Assembly (NCBI RefSeq): GCF_018977255.1
Contig: NW_024704743.1
Coordinates: 57,598,001 to 57,662,000 of the forward strand
DNA length: 64,000 nucleotides
Reading direction: 5' to 3'
Origin: Callorhinchus milii
Taxonomy: Eukaryota
Shown: positions 10,521-24,245 of the stretch, piece after piece
Numbering within the stretch: the stretch's first letter is position 1
How the letters are laid out: every line of letters begins with the position of its first letter
Made by a program: the position numbers and the translations under genes
The notes under the pieces: model-generated
Told to the model about the DNA's origin: nothing
Databases searched by the model: none
What the model saw: only the letters and a program-made list of their open reading frames with translations

Positions 10521-11249
10521 TGTGGGAAGCATTGAATTTAATTCTAAATTGACCCCATCGCCTTGGATTCAATCATACCCAATGTTGTGCCAAGTTAAAC
10601 TGATTTGTTATCATTTGCTTAAAATGAGTTATTAGCACGTGCCAATATTAGCAGAACCCTGACCATTGTTAGGTAGTAAGATTATGTCATCCATAGGCTC
10701 AGGTACTTAGCCCAATGGATTTAGATGTGTGACACACTCTTTAGCTAAGAGTTTTGTTTTGTGACTTGAAGTTGCTAGTGTTTAGCCTATCAGAGGAATT
10801 ATTATATAATTTTCGGCATGCATTGTGGAGCTTTGCCAATCTTGGCGTGGCATCCTGCTCTGATCTCAGATCTCTTTTCTAGTATCGAGCTGCACTTGTA
10901 TCCAATTGATTTTTTTAATGTATAATTGTAAAATTATTTGCCAGTAAACCTCACAAAGCTCTCTGATATTCTAGTAAAGAACATAAAATGCTGTTAATGG
11001 ATTTCTTGAAGTTGATTGTTATAAACAAGCTATTTCCAGAACAACACACAACCGAATATGAACAGATTAAACTTTGGTCAGCTATTACAGCTCATAAGGA
11101 CCCCCCCAAAGCTTCTGGGATTTCAGATACAGAGAGGAATGGAAGCTTCAAATTAGCCAATTACTTTTTTTTGGTTGGAGTTCTGAATAATAAACAAATC
11201 TTTAAGGAGGGATTATAGAACAAAATATTGAAAAGGATGCAAAAATTCA

Positions 11250-11712
11250 AATAATAATAATCCTTGCATTTAATATAGCGCCTTGTCACGTCATTGATAC
11301 GTCTCAAAGTGCTTCGCAGAATATACTATAAAGTTGGGTGAGCGCAGGATTGTCAGAGATACCTTCTTTGACTGTACATTTTGTGGGCGAAAATGATCAT
11401 TGGTCTACACTTCATTTCAAATATAGTTGAATGAAGTATCTAGGGATGATGATTGTAACAAATCTCCAAAGTTTCAGATTTGTTCTCAAAATTGATTTTG
11501 TAGCAATTTCGCTGTAAGTAATTTATATTCCCATCTCACTTTGTGTCACTTTTTTATTTACTGTTTGAAAAGTTTGGGATTTTAATAATAAAAATCCTTG
11601 CATTTGGTAGTGTATTTCAGGTCAGCTGGACATCTTAAAGCACTTCACAGCATATACTGTAAAGTGTAGTGACTGTCTTTTGTAGGCGAATGTGGCAGCC
11701 AATTTACACACA
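11250..11712 (-). mobile_element. Two SINE 3' fragments (11250-11395 and 11582-11712)
   Basis: (AAT)n ccttgcattt...aaag(t/c)(g/a)cttc SINE tail. Confidence 0.75.
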
Positions 11713-12049
11713 CCTTATTTTCTATTTTACTATATAACAGAGAATGGCAAATGGATTATGATTGTCTCAGGTTAAGGCTACATCTGTCTTTAAAATAATA
11801 GTCTGAAAGATGATGCTTCAAAACTAGGGAAATCAATACTACCTTTATGATTGTTCGCTTTTCTCTCTGATTAAAATTTGGAGTGAAATGATTTGTAAGT
11901 CGAGTGAAAATTGGCTTGGGAAACAAAATAAATTCATTATATCTTGTGTATTCACAAATAGCAAAAGCTATTTTAATATCAAGCAAGACTCAAAAGCATT
12001 ATGAAGTACCAGGCATCTGAGGCAGCATAAGAGCTAGAGCACTTTCGAT

Positions 12050-12345
12050 TGGCAACCTTAACTATACGAAAAAGGAACATGTTTTAAAACTAAATCTAAA
12101 CAGGTTAAAAGTAAATTCAGAAAACATTTCTTCACATAAGGGATTCTGAAAATGTGTAATGTCCTGGCCTGAAGGTTCATGGATTCACAACCCATTGCGG
12201 TGTTTCAGAAGACTGGAACATAAAGTGGGCACTTGGGAGGGGAATATGGAGAAAAGACAAAGGGATGGGATTAATAAAATGAAGAGAAGCTAGGGTGAAG
12301 CAAAATAATAGATCAGGATTGATAGCCCAAACGGTCTACTGCTAT
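12050..12345 (+). mobile_element. Old CR1 3' fragment
   Basis: ggaacatgttttaaaacta...catttcttcacataagg...aatgtgtaatg, typical CR1 C-terminus and 3'UTR. Confidence 0.55.
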
Positions 12346-12907
12346 TACTAGGAATGAAACCTGAATGGTTTATACAAAACATATTCATACTTATGTAGCA
12401 TCCTTCACATCAGGATGCCTTTCCAAGTGCCTGAAATTGCTGGCTGGGCACCCATACTGGAGGTGGGAGCCGAAATTTATTCTGAAGTTTATTGCATAAT
12501 GCTTGGGACATATTCCCAAATAGTGTCGCAGAGTAACAGCCAGAGTACAGTTTATCCAGTTTATTTTTTCACAGGATAAATATACATTTAGGGGCACTAC
12601 TCCTCTCCAAAGTGTACAATACAATGTCTGTTCATAAGTACAATGCACCAGCAAGAGTGTACAAGCATAGAGTACATAGCATGTTATAGTAAATTTGCAG
12701 TATTCATTTCAACAGGATAAAGCACAAGATAAAATGGGTGGCTTCCAATGATGGTTGAAAGCACAATATGCACTGAAACTGGAAAAAATCACAGTCCAGT
12801 TTTTAGTTCGGAGGCTGAGGCCGAGGTCAAAATCTGCTCAGAAATGATTAGCAAAAGTAATTTTCATTGATGGGTTATTAAAGGGTCATGAGACGAGGGA
12901 GCTTTTA

Positions 12908-12926
12908 TGTGTGTGTGTGTGTGTGT
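12908..12926. repeat. (TG)n microsatellite
   Basis: tgtgtgtgtgtgtgtgtgt. Confidence 0.9.
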
Positions 12927-13794
12927 TTGATTTTAATCCGGATTATTCTCTGATGGATCGCTACAAAAAATACTGAAAAATTAAGAACACTGCAATGCAA
13001 TATCTTATATGTATCACACATTTTCATTTGTTTTCCCATTACCCTACCAATACTTAATAGTGGGGACAAAAGCCTTATAGACTGAGGAGTATCTATTTGC
13101 TTATCCAGCCCAATTTAATTACATATCAGCAGCAGTGAGCTCTGCTAACTAAGATATATCATGGCAAATGTATTGCATTATAATACAATATATCATTACT
13201 GTGACTGAAAGACCTCATCAATCCTCATTCATTTGGGTTGATCCAATCCATTATCCAAGTAGTTCAGGTTGGTTTGGTTACATTTCTACAAAGAATAGGC
13301 ATCAAATCATATATGCGGAATATACCTATGAGAAGTTCACCAGATTGCAATAAGAGTATAAAGCAAAATTCTACATTTATTTAATTCTAAATAACTGTAT
13401 ACAGTACTGTATTTTGCTTGGCTACACAAACCCCTTCCAATTTTTTTTAACAGATGTACATGTTATATATGTTTTAATGCATCAGTTAGTAAGTAATAGG
13501 AATGGAGATTTTACGGTTGTGCTGAGTAACCAATTATATTTAATTACATATACTAATTATGTTTTTAATGAAATGAAAGTCCTCAAGTCAGCACATTTGG
13601 TAATGATTCAGTACCTGTAAATACTTTTGAGACAGTTGTTTAAGATTCTCTTCTCTGGAAAGCTGATTCTGTAGTCCACCGCCAGAATCCACATTAGGTC
13701 TTTAGTTTATTATCTCAACACTTAGTTGAACATTTTAATCCAAACTCATTTGGGACACATTCAGTGTGGTAATGCTTATAATTATGTACAAGGC

Positions 13795-14345
13795 ACAATT
13801 GCACTTCACGCAAGGAAATTGTTCCATTCTTTGGCAGACAATAGTGAGAAAGGTATTGAGGGATATAGGAGAGGAGAATAGGATGGGTGGAGGTTCATTG
13901 GGAGAATAAACACTGGCCTGGACTAGTTGGGTCGTATCAGGCTATTTAATTGTAGTTTAATGCACTTGGACCATTGATTAATTCCTTTCCTTCTCAAAAA
14001 AACAAGGGTTTTTAATCAATACCTTAATTTTTCCCACAAAATATACAGCCAATTCACTTTACAGTATATTCTGTGTAGCACTTTAAGACTTCTCGAAGAC
14101 TTGATAAAGCGCTATATCAAATGCAAGGATTATTATTAATACCTAATTATTAATCCTTACACTTTTCTGTACCATTGATATTTGTTGAACACAAAACATC
14201 AAATCATGGTTGGGGTGGGAAGAAAAAAAGTACCAGAATTATAAGAGGTTCAAATGAAAAATACCATTCAGCCCATTTGAGCAACAACAACAAGATTACA
14301 TTTGAATAGTGCCTTTCACATCGGGAGGACGTCCCAAGGCGCTGA
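13795..14345. mobile_element. Cluster of remnants: CR1 3'UTR (+, ~13795-13950), SINE tail (+, 14035-14140), L2 tail (-, 14282-14345)
   Basis: gggagaataaacactggcctggactagttggg; aattcactttacag...aaatgcaaggattattatt; caacaacaac...tcacatcgggaggacgtcccaaggcgct. Confidence 0.7.
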
Positions 14346-16756
14346 GACAGCAGAACATGTGGACATATGTTGAAAAGTTCCAAATTCAGAACAGACACCA
14401 AAATGTATTTGTTTAGCTGGAGATCAACTAGTGCAAGTTCCCAGAAAGGGCCAAGACACTGAGCTCTTAAACAAAATGCTGTAATAGGAGGAGAGTGTGG
14501 TGGGTATTCTGGAAGGATGAGATCAAAAGGTCTTCATTTGGTCTTATCCTTCCAAGATATTAATATTTACTATCTTCCTGTTCACAATGTTTTCAAGCAC
14601 GGTTTGTTCTCGGAACCTACCAACCAAACCTGAAAATCTAACATATCCCAGATGTTATGTTCTTGCCCTGAATGACTCAAGTTTAGAAAGTGATTTATGT
14701 ATGGAAATGTTTCACAGACTTGTTCTACTGTTTTGGTTTGTAGTTTCACGTGAATTGTTTTGGCCAGCTGTCTGTCTGACGAAACATGTGTAAACCCATC
14801 ACAATTGAGCGAGCACTGGTGGTATTTGGCAAAGGGCTTAGAGTGGACCATGTCCAATATCTTACACTAGGACATTCATAGCACAGAGAGAGGAGGGGGA
14901 CATTACTTAAAAAGAAAGATTGCTTCCAACTCTCAGGTAATACAAAAAACTCTAGACTGTATAATACACCACTCCCAGATACCATATGATGATAATAATA
15001 AAATCACACAAAACTTTAGCCCAACACGGTACACAATCCTTAGTCTCATTCGGGTCTCTCTTGGCAGATACAATCAACTCATCCGGAGAGCAATAGGCAG
15101 TGCATATTTCAGTGCAATAATTCTTACCAATGGTGGGAGAATGGGCCTGTTCCTGTTCAGCTGAATGCATGGTTCAGAAAGGTAGTACTTTTCAGTATAT
15201 TTTAACTAACGAATAAATGCCTATGATATTGACATAATTTACTTTTTAGAAAAATAGCAGCAAAATTGCCGTGATTCCATACTTTTCATGACTGCATTTA
15301 GCTTCTGAACAGGACACAGGAAAGCTTAAAGCTTTAAGTACAAGGATGTTTTGCTGAAATACTGATCAGTAGCTGGGAGCTCTGTTATATCATCAACAAT
15401 GACTGGCATTAGTCAGTGAGTGAGTTACAAGGCAGTAATTTAATCTGGTGGTTCTGCTGATGCTCATAACACGCTTGTGCTTCGCTCTCACAGTTTATGA
15501 TGCTATCAGAACCGCTCAATTGAATTATTGCTTTGCAGTTCACTGCCAACCATTATCCAAGACTAATGTATACTGAATGCTATGTTTTCACACTGTGTCA
15601 TTCTGGAATGAATAGTGCACCAGAAAAAAGTGATCACGCAAATACAGCAAAAAGTCTGTTTAATATTTCCTGCAGTTGCCATATTTATTACGTTGATTGA
15701 ACAACATATATATTTATATAATATTTTGAAGATCTGTCTCTTTGACTAATCGTTTAGCCACCTTTCTCCCCCAACACCCATCCACGAGTTCAGGCTCCCA
15801 GTCAGTTATTTGAAGCACTTTGAGACATTCTCCCAACGTGAAAGGCATTACTGTATATAGTGTACATTGTTGTTTCTTCAGACACTCTTAAATCAACTCC
15901 AATCTGGCATTTACACATTCAATTGAATAAGAATGTCATTGGAATAAGGGCAAAGCGTTGAACATTGTAGGTCAATGTAATTCATACACGTTGTATGCAT
16001 TGCAAATATACAGGTTAAATTGGAGCCTGGGAATGACTTTATAAAGTAAACCGTTGTGGGTCTGTTTTTCATACACCAAACTTCAGTGCCCCAGATCTCA
16101 GCAATCAGATGGCCTTCTCTCTATTAATAGAGTGTCTCTTTTCCATTTCTCACACTCTTTGAATAATCACTTTGACAATGTGACATATTATTCTGGTGGC
16201 ACCAGATGGCCTGGATTTGGTAATCAGCAAATACCTAAAAGCTTTATGTTCGCTAGTCCTGATCCTCTCAAACAGTAATCGAGGTTTCAGACAGATGGGT
16301 GAACCCCACTAGCAGAGCCAGTGACACTAGCATCAGGATGTGTTAAACAGTGACTCTGATTATGACCACTAACTATATTTACACACTAATTTATCAAATA
16401 AGATTTTGATTGCTTCAGGCTAAAATCTCTAATTACATATGTTGTGTAGTAAATTGCCTTTTTATTAGATCTCCTTGCTCGGGTAAATAAATGTCACACC
16501 ATTCCTACTTAATAATAATAATAATCTTACCATTTGATCCACTTTATCACATTGTTGAAACATCTAAAGAGCTTCACAGGATTTACTGTAAAGTATAGTG
16601 ACTGTATTTGTAGCTGAATGCAGCATAACGCTGTCATGTACTGTAGTGAAATTAGTTTGTCATGGTTCAGTACTACTCCTCAATGTAGGTCACAAGTGCA
16701 TGTCTAAAACAGCACAACCATATGAAGTCGCGGCAAAGGACGTTTGAACCATACAA

Positions 16757-17228
16757 TGGTTCAGTTGGTAGCACTCTTGCTTCTTAGTCAGAAGGTTGTG
16801 GGTTCAAGCCCCTAATCAGGACTTGGGGGCCCCAACCTATATAATCTATACTGATTATACTTCAGCGCCTTGGGACATCCTCCAGACCTGAAAGGCATTC
16901 TATAAATGAAATCTTGTTCTTGTTGATGCAGTGCTGGGGATATACTGCATTGCTGAAGATATAGTCCTTTGGATGAGATTTAAACCAAGGTCCTGTCTGC
17001 CTGTCCAGGTGGATGTAAAAGATCCCATGGCACTATTTGAAAAGAGTGTAATCCCCAGATAAAATTGCTTACTCACTCTAAGGCTGTTTGTGGGACATTG
17101 CTGTGTGCAATTTGGCTGCTGTGTTCGCTCACAAAATGCACATCACTTTACAATATAATCTATGAAGGGCTTTGAGATGTTTCAACATAAGGCACTATAT
17201 CAAATGCAAGGATTGTTGCTATTATTAT
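16757..17228 (+). mobile_element. Deu-SINE (SacSINE1/EshSINE-like) with nested L2 tail at ~16863-16925
   Basis: Head tcagttggtagcactcttgc...ggttcaagccc; Deu core ggatgagatttaaaccaagg...aagatcccatggcactatttgaa; L2-like tail. Confidence 0.9.
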
Positions 17229-17949
17229 GTGCCTTCAGTGGGAGCACTCCACGACCAATGGAATCTAGTTGTGTATACAACCACTTCAAGTCAAGTTGCT
17301 TATACATTACTTACAAAGCTGTCGGGTGGAAATTGCAAAGAAAGAGGAGTGTAAGAATGGATACATTCTCAGGTTATTTTCTGTGGTTTCACAATTTGAG
17401 AGGCGACCACAGACATTATAGAGAATGGGTTGCGGTTCCATTGAATTTAGTTCTAGTGATGTGGTGAGTTGACAATTGGTGCGTTTTTAGCACAACTGAC
17501 AATGCTGCTTCATCCTCATTGCTTGACTATTCAACGCATTCAGCTTGTGCACTATATTTTGATTGATAATTCAAATACATCAGAAAATACACTCAGTGTC
17601 ATGCAGGAGTCGTTAGATGCTACTTGTAGTCAAAGGTCAACACTATTAGATCATTTTTCAAACGCTTGTGACTATATTTTTTATCATAGTCACCAGCAGA
17701 ACAAGAGATGAAGGACTGTGACCATTAATGAAATTATCAGTCCGTATTGATTTGAGGAGGGTATTAGAGAGCTTTGATTAATTATGTGGAATATTTTAAA
17801 GAATTTACGCCTAGAAATCATGTTAATTGATCTGTAAGTGCAGAGAACGGAATTAGATTTTATAGGATTAACTCTCTTAATATTAGGCCCTGTCAGGAGC
17901 CATAGTTTTTGACAGTAAAATTATAGAGAAATTATCTGGCATGGTCCAT

Positions 17950-18246
17950 GTCTCCTCTACTTTGTCCCGCCATTGGGGAATGACTCACTAAACACTCTGG
18001 AACTCTCTCCAAATTACATTGACTTGCATCTTCCCTCTCTGCTTTCAAAGCCTGTCTAAAGACCTCTTTTGATGTATCTTCGGCTATTGACTCCCCCATC
18101 CCAACCATCTCCCACTCTGCTCAGTCTCCCACTCTGTCTCTGTAATTCGTGTTCTGACATTTTACAACATGAAAGGTGCTGTATAAATGGGACGTCCTCC
18201 TGACGTGAAAGGCGCTTTATAAATGGAATCTTGTTGTTGTTGTTGT
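17950..18246 (+). mobile_element. Old L2 3' fragment plus a young L2 tail
   Basis: ctctggaactctctcc...; gggacgtcctcctgacgtgaaaggcgctttataaatggaatcttgttgttg identical to the tail at 4037-4086. Confidence 0.8.
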
Positions 18247-18282
18247 CTATAAAATAAGCTGTTTTGTAAAACATTTCATATA

Positions 18283-18705
18283 ATATTAATAATCCTTGCA
18301 TTTGATGTAGCAACTTATCATGATGTGAAGATGTCTTAAAGTGCTTCAGAGGATTTACTGTAAAGTGATGTGTTTGTGTTGAATGCCCCAGACATTTTTT
18401 GCACAGCAATGTCCTGCAAACAGCATTGAAGTGAACAACCAATTTTATTGTGGGGATTGTTGACCAGGATACCAGGAGAAATTCCTTTCACTTTTCGAAT
18501 AGTGCCATGGGATCTTTAACGTCCACTTGAACAGGCAGATGGAACTTTGGTTTAGCATCTCATCCAAAGAACGGCACCTCTGACAATGCAGCACTGCATT
18601 GGAGTGTCACCAAAAACTATATGGGTTCCAAGCTACCATGTGTGGCTTGAACCCACACCTTTCTGACTCTGAGGCAAGAGCGTTACCAAATTAACCTGAC
18701 TGAAA
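18283..18705 (-). mobile_element. Full-length Deu-SINE
   Basis: atagtgccatgggatctttaacgtccac and ggcttgaacccacacctttctgactctgaggcaagag. Confidence 0.9.
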
Positions 18706-20107
18706 CCTGTAGTTATTATACATAGCACCTATAAGGTAAATACATAGGCAATATTGCAGTAGGTTCAACTGAGAGGTGACGTTCTAGCATAACATAATTG
18801 TATCACACTAAAAGCATTTTAAAATCACAAATGTCACCATAGTATGTAAAACCATAAATTTTCTAGGTGATTGGGGAGAATCTGTGTGAGTTGGTATACT
18901 TACTCTCTAAAGAAATAATACCACCTCTTGGCATTGTCATTTATCAGCAATGTGGGCTTTAATCTTGCAATTAAAATCGGATTTGTTGTTGTTACAGCAG
19001 CAGCTTCAAAGCAAGAAATCAGAAACTTAGCAACAGTATTTTTATGTAGCTGCCATGAGAAAGTGTTTATTTAATGCTGTCATGCTCTTCAGTCTTCCCA
19101 CAAGGTGATTTTGAAACCAGCTGGGAAGTTTATTAAAATCAAAGCTGCAGGTGGGGAGTGTGCTGCTCTGAAATACCCTGGCAATTTCAATGTAGGTCAG
19201 ATGTAAAAGGATGGTGTGGAATACTTGCCTGAAGGGTGTAAAGCTGCAGCTGGGTTTACAGATTTGACTTGGTGAACAGTATCTCGGAGTCCTCTATACC
19301 CATGCTGATTGCATTTGGAAGGACATTGCTGTTTGTATTGACCGGGCATCTGATGATACCGTTATACACTCCCACTCATCGATCTGCTACATAATTGCAA
19401 ACCACTATAAACTTTGACATGGCAAGTCGGTGATCTATATTTTGTCCTCCATGCTCTGTTTGAAATATATTTAGAAAAAGTTATAAATTTGAAAAGATCA
19501 AAGAGGTTGGTGTTTGATGTCAACATTATCTTTGTGGCTTTATTCACCATTTAGTACTAGGTCTTTTGCTGTATTAAAAGCCATGTTATACTAACTTGTT
19601 CAATGTCAATGTTTTGATCTGATTTATTGAAGCACTTATATTGCTCGCTTGCAGGATACACACACAAAGGTTTGTTCAGATCAGCAACTATTTAAAAGCA
19701 AAAATAATGTTTCCCGCATACAGAAAGCAAGAATATAAGGAGAGCTGTGGAAATCTCCTGTTCTTACAAGGAAAGCAATCTTTTTGCTCTCTAAGAGATA
19801 TGGAGAAAACAGTTGTTGGATAATGTTTACACGTTCAGAGCAATAATGTTCCCAGCAGGGAAACAATGACTCAATCTGTAATCACAGCACATTGCTGATG
19901 TGTTGCTGCTGTTGTTTTAGTTTTCACTGGATTTTTTTCATTTATTTCACTGCATTGGGTCAACACTGCTTTTCAATTCTGCCTAATAGAAGCCTTTCAG
20001 CTCTGAAACATCCAGGAGATTTCTCTAATATTTGATGGCATTCCAAATTCACAGGTTCAAATTCTGTTGTTGATTTCTGTGGAAAATTGAGGAAGAAACT
20101 TGTTCCT

Positions 20108-20310
20108 ATCATAGAAATTTACAGCACAGAAGGAGGCCATTTGGCCCATTGAGTCTGCTCTCAGAGCAAACTGTTTGTTCGATCGATCCGATCCCCATAG
20201 CCCTTCAAGCCTTTATGTTTCATTATACCTGTCTACTTCCCTCTTGAAATTCACAATGGGCTTGGTCTATACCACCTTATTTGGCATGACTTTCTTAGTA
20301 AAAAAATGCT
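20108..20310 (-). mobile_element. CR1 3' end
   Basis: atcatagaaatttacagcacagaaggaggccatttggccc. Confidence 0.75.
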
Positions 20311-21679
20311 TGATTCATTCAGGATTGCATGCTGCATTTGCTCACTTATGTGCAAATATTATGCAATCTGATTGCCTTCATCCGCACGTGAATTGCTCAG
20401 GTAGGTTCCAATGTACCAAAGCAACATGCTCCTTTCATTTCCGTGCTATCAGGGATACAATTCAGATGTCATTACACAGAGTACAACAATTAGACAGATG
20501 GTCATATAGTTATCCAACAATGTTTCGCATTTGATCTCTGTAAAATGCATCCTTCATTATAGACTAATTTACAAACAGATGTAAATGCCTGATACCTTTG
20601 CAAAGATCATTTCACAATGTGCAAAGTTAGGCACAAAATAATCTCATGTTTTATTTAATCGCAAATATTTACACCTCTCAAGATGGCAGTTATGCATTTT
20701 GCTGTCATTGTGTTCCAACAGACTTTAATAGGAGCACTTGATACAACATTGAAAAGAGTGGGGAAATTGATGTTAATTTGAATTTAAAGCTCCATTTGCT
20801 CATACTTTTTTTATTCTGCTTAATCCAAGTTAAATTAAATGGCAATTGCAATAAAATGTGGTATTTTCCAGAGTCATTAAAGTTGGGAGTGATCTGTGTG
20901 TTACTGAAGAGGGCCACCCGTTTGTTAACATAGGAAGATTTTAATAAAGACAGATTGTTGTGTGCAGCTGTTATAAGTCACTTTAGCACTATAGAGAATG
21001 TGTTAAAAGACCCGCTTTCCTTGTACAAACTACAGAGAATGTGTGTAACAGTAGATTAAAAACTGAATTGCAATATGTACAGTTGTAGAATCTGTACAGT
21101 GGGCAAGCGGTGCACAGATCTATGGGCAATGATTTGATTGCCTCAAATGGTGCATGTGTTTTGTGCATAGTGGAATCATAATCACATGACCTGTCTTTAA
21201 CTAAAAAGTTAAAGGGATATAAATGGGTGTTTATTGTGAATAAATGAAGATGTTATACCAAATGTAAGTATTATTATTTATAATTATTTTAGAATCTTAA
21301 TTAACACAAAATGTAAATATTCAGAGAGATCTGAGTTTTGATCTAGTTCTGGATTCAGAACAGCTTTTAAGAGAGATTTTGTGTGCAATGGAGCAATTAG
21401 CATATTTGTGTCTGTTCCATGCATGTACACTCCTATTTTGGGCTGTTGCATATGATTGTAAGTGTCTTTGTTCTTGGGTTTGGTTGGAAGGAAGTGACTG
21501 GTTCAGTTGAGGATTGTGTTAGCTAGCAGTGCTGTTCACCTGCTGTTTTAGCTCCTACTCCTAGTGTAGATCCCAATCATTGTAAACCTGCCTCTGGAGG
21601 TGAACATAGTCAAACTTACTTTCTCCATTGCCTTGTTCACCTTTCCTTCCATTTCAGCTCTCCACAAATTCCAGATTAT

Positions 21680-22244
21680 CGAGAACTCTGTAGCCCATAT
21701 CCTTTCCTAGACAATGTTCCACATGCCCCTCTTTATCATTCTCCACTGGATTGACTTTAAGAACCTCATTCTAATTTTTTAATGACTCCGTGCTCTTGCC
21801 TACATGACTCATGTGATCCCCTGTGCACTCCCTCTCTCCATTTTGCTACCTTAAGCTTCCTCCACATCTCCTAGCCCCTGTGGCCCACCATTGGCTGGTG
21901 AACTTTCGGCCACTTTGTTCTCTCTGGAGCTCTCTATCCTATTGATACCTCTTTAATTGTGTCTTCAGTCACCTCCCTTCCCCCATCTGGCATCCTGCTC
22001 AGGTCACCGACTGCATCTTTGTACATCAGCTTGAGATATTTTCCCATGTGAAAGGTGTTGTATAAGTATATGTTGTTGACAACACAATTTACACTTATAT
22101 AGCTTTCACGTCGGGAGAATATCTCAAAGCACTCAACAATGCGGGTGGGCACCCGAGCTGGGGTGGGAAGTGAGGGGGGGTGGGGAAGTGAAAGATGACA
22201 GAAAACTTGGTCAAACAGGTACATGATGAGATATGTCTTCAACG
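21680..22244. mobile_element. Tail-to-tail L2 fragments (+ 21680-22080; - 22080-22244)
   Basis: ctccactggattgactttaag, cccaccattggctgg and L2 tails on both strands. Confidence 0.65.
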
Positions 22245-22559
22245 ATAATAATAATAATAATCCCTGCATTTGATACAGCGCCTTATCACATCTTCTAGAT
22301 GTCTCAAAGTGCTTCACAGAATAGACTTGTAAAGTGAATTGACTGTAAATTTGTGAGCGAAACACGGCAGCCAATTGTGCACAGCAGTGTCCCACAGACA
22401 GCTGGGACAATTGGGACAATTTATTATTGTTTTGTTTTGGAGGGATTATTATTAGGCGTGTGGAGTAAGGAAGCTTGCCCAATGTTTCGCCCTGCTGGAA
22501 TTGAACTCTGGTGTCTTGCTTGCAAGGCGAATGCTCAAACCACTGAGCTACAGGACTCC
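22245..22559 (-). mobile_element. tRNA-Ala-derived SINE (short form)
   Basis: Head ggagtcctgtagctcagtgg, TGC anticodon loop, same central deletion as 7681-8008. Confidence 0.92.
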
Positions 22560-22681
22560 ATGGGAAGGAGTGTGGTCCACTGAGAAAGTAGAACAATGTT
22601 GCATTGGAGCCTCAATGATTAAGTAAGGGAATGAAGAGGGAGTAGTATTGCTGCTCTGCAGTATCCCCCAACATCATTAAT

Positions 22682-22824
22682 AACAAACAAAATGCCAAAT
22701 ACTGGAGATGCTGGAAATTTGAAAACTGACAAAGGGTCGTGGACCCGAAATGTTGACTCACTTTCCTTTCTCCATAGATGCTGCCTGACCTGCTGAGTCT
22801 TCCCAGCGACTTTTGTTTTTGTTC
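22682..22824. mobile_element. Penelope-type short repeat with a degenerate hammerhead core
   Basis: ctggagatgctggaaat...ctgacaaagggtcgtggacccgaaatgttgac...agatgctgcctgacctgctgagtcttcccagc; recalled as the common shark Penelope-derived repeat. Confidence 0.7.
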
Positions 22825-22827
22825 TCA

Positions 22828-22945
22828 TTATTAATAGTAATCCTTGCATTTGATATAGCGCCTTTTCATGTCTTTGAGATGTCTCAAAGCGCTTCACAGA
22901 ATATACTATAAAGTGAATTGACTGTGTATTTTGTGGTAGAAATGT
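22828..22945 (-). mobile_element. SINE 3' fragment
   Basis: atccttgcatttgatatagcgcc...caaagcgcttcacagaatatact. Confidence 0.85.
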
Positions 22946-23539
22946 TTTTTATATATTTTACATTGCATATTTTACAACATTGCCATTAGCAGGGAGGAGT
23001 CCTCATCCTCTGGAAATGTGGAACAGGATGAGACTGAGTAAAAATAATGGAAATTGCTGGTGATGGACAAAAGGCTGTGAGGCAGATCAAAAATAGAATT
23101 GTAAACTATATCCTCTGCAAAATCATAATCAGAAACTATTCAATGTGATCCATCTCACATCAATATCTCACATCTAAATTAGCAATCTTCCATGTACCGT
23201 CTTGCCATTCAATAGCAGAAATCTTGAGTAACAATGGCCTTTATTTACTCCCTCTCCGCTGCTTGAACGGATGCAGCAGGTGCTTTTAAAGTAATCATTC
23301 ACTTGTTGAAACTGTTATCGGCTGCTTATTTATGCCAGTGCCTGACTGAGAAAATGAGTGGTGCACACTCCAAGGCCACAGTGGGAAATCTCCTATTTTC
23401 CTTGGCGTGTGTGGCATGAACATGCCAGTGGCTACAGACACTTAGGCTAGCTTTTCATCTGTTCAGGAAAGAAAAATATTCTATCCCCCAGACCCTGCAT
23501 CCACATATATATTTTATCTTCCCACTGTGTATTTTGCCC

Positions 23540-23920
23540 TATTCTCAGGATGTGGGCAAAGCACTCCTTGCTGGTAATCCCCAATTCCACCATCCACAAA
23601 GTCCAACTGATACAAAACTTCTTCGCCCATATCCTCACCTGTACCAAACTCCACACACCCATCACCCCAACCCTTGCCTGGATCTCTCTTTCTGCATGAT
23701 TCAATTTCAAGATCCTCACCCTTGCATACAAATCCCTTTAACTCTGATACCTCCCAATCTTTATGATTTGCTTTTCCCCACTCCACTGTCCACCTACTTC
23801 GCTCAGCTGGCCAGACCGGCTTCATGTCCTCGACCCCTGCGCACCAATGGTGGCCGTGTCTTTAGCCAATAAACCCCTAATTTCTGGAACTCCTTACCTC
23901 TATTCTTCTGCCTCACCCCC
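23540..23920 (+). mobile_element. Old L2 3' fragment
   Basis: gcactccttgctgg, attcaatttcaagatcctc, caccaatggtggccgtgtctttagc. Confidence 0.75.
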
Positions 23921-23929
23921 CTTTTCAAT

Positions 23930-24245
23930 TTGCAAATAGCAATGTGCCATAAATAGCCATGAAGTGAATGTTTTTTTTAACTGGAAGATTGTCGGTTAGA
24001 CACTGTGAAAAACTTCCAACTCTTTCCAAAGAGTGCCACAGAATCTTCAATGTCCAAGAAGCAGACAGATGGGATCTCAGTTTAATGGATTATTTGAAAC
24101 ACAGTGTCTCTGAAAATGCGGAGTCCCCCCAACACTACACTGGAGTGTTAGCCTAAAAAATGAGTTCAAAATTCTAACGTGGGGCTTGATCCCCATAACT
24201 TTCTGACTCAGACGTGAGAGTGCTTTTAACTGAGCCAGGCTGATG
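23930..24245 (-). mobile_element. Deu-SINE
   Basis: ggggcttgatccccataactttctgactcagacgtgagagtgc...actgagccag head; diverged Deu core. Confidence 0.8.

Noticed and set aside
19641-19823. Acceptor-like ttgctcgcttgcag followed by a 60-aa open frame
   Set aside because: No recognisable protein similarity or convincing partner exon
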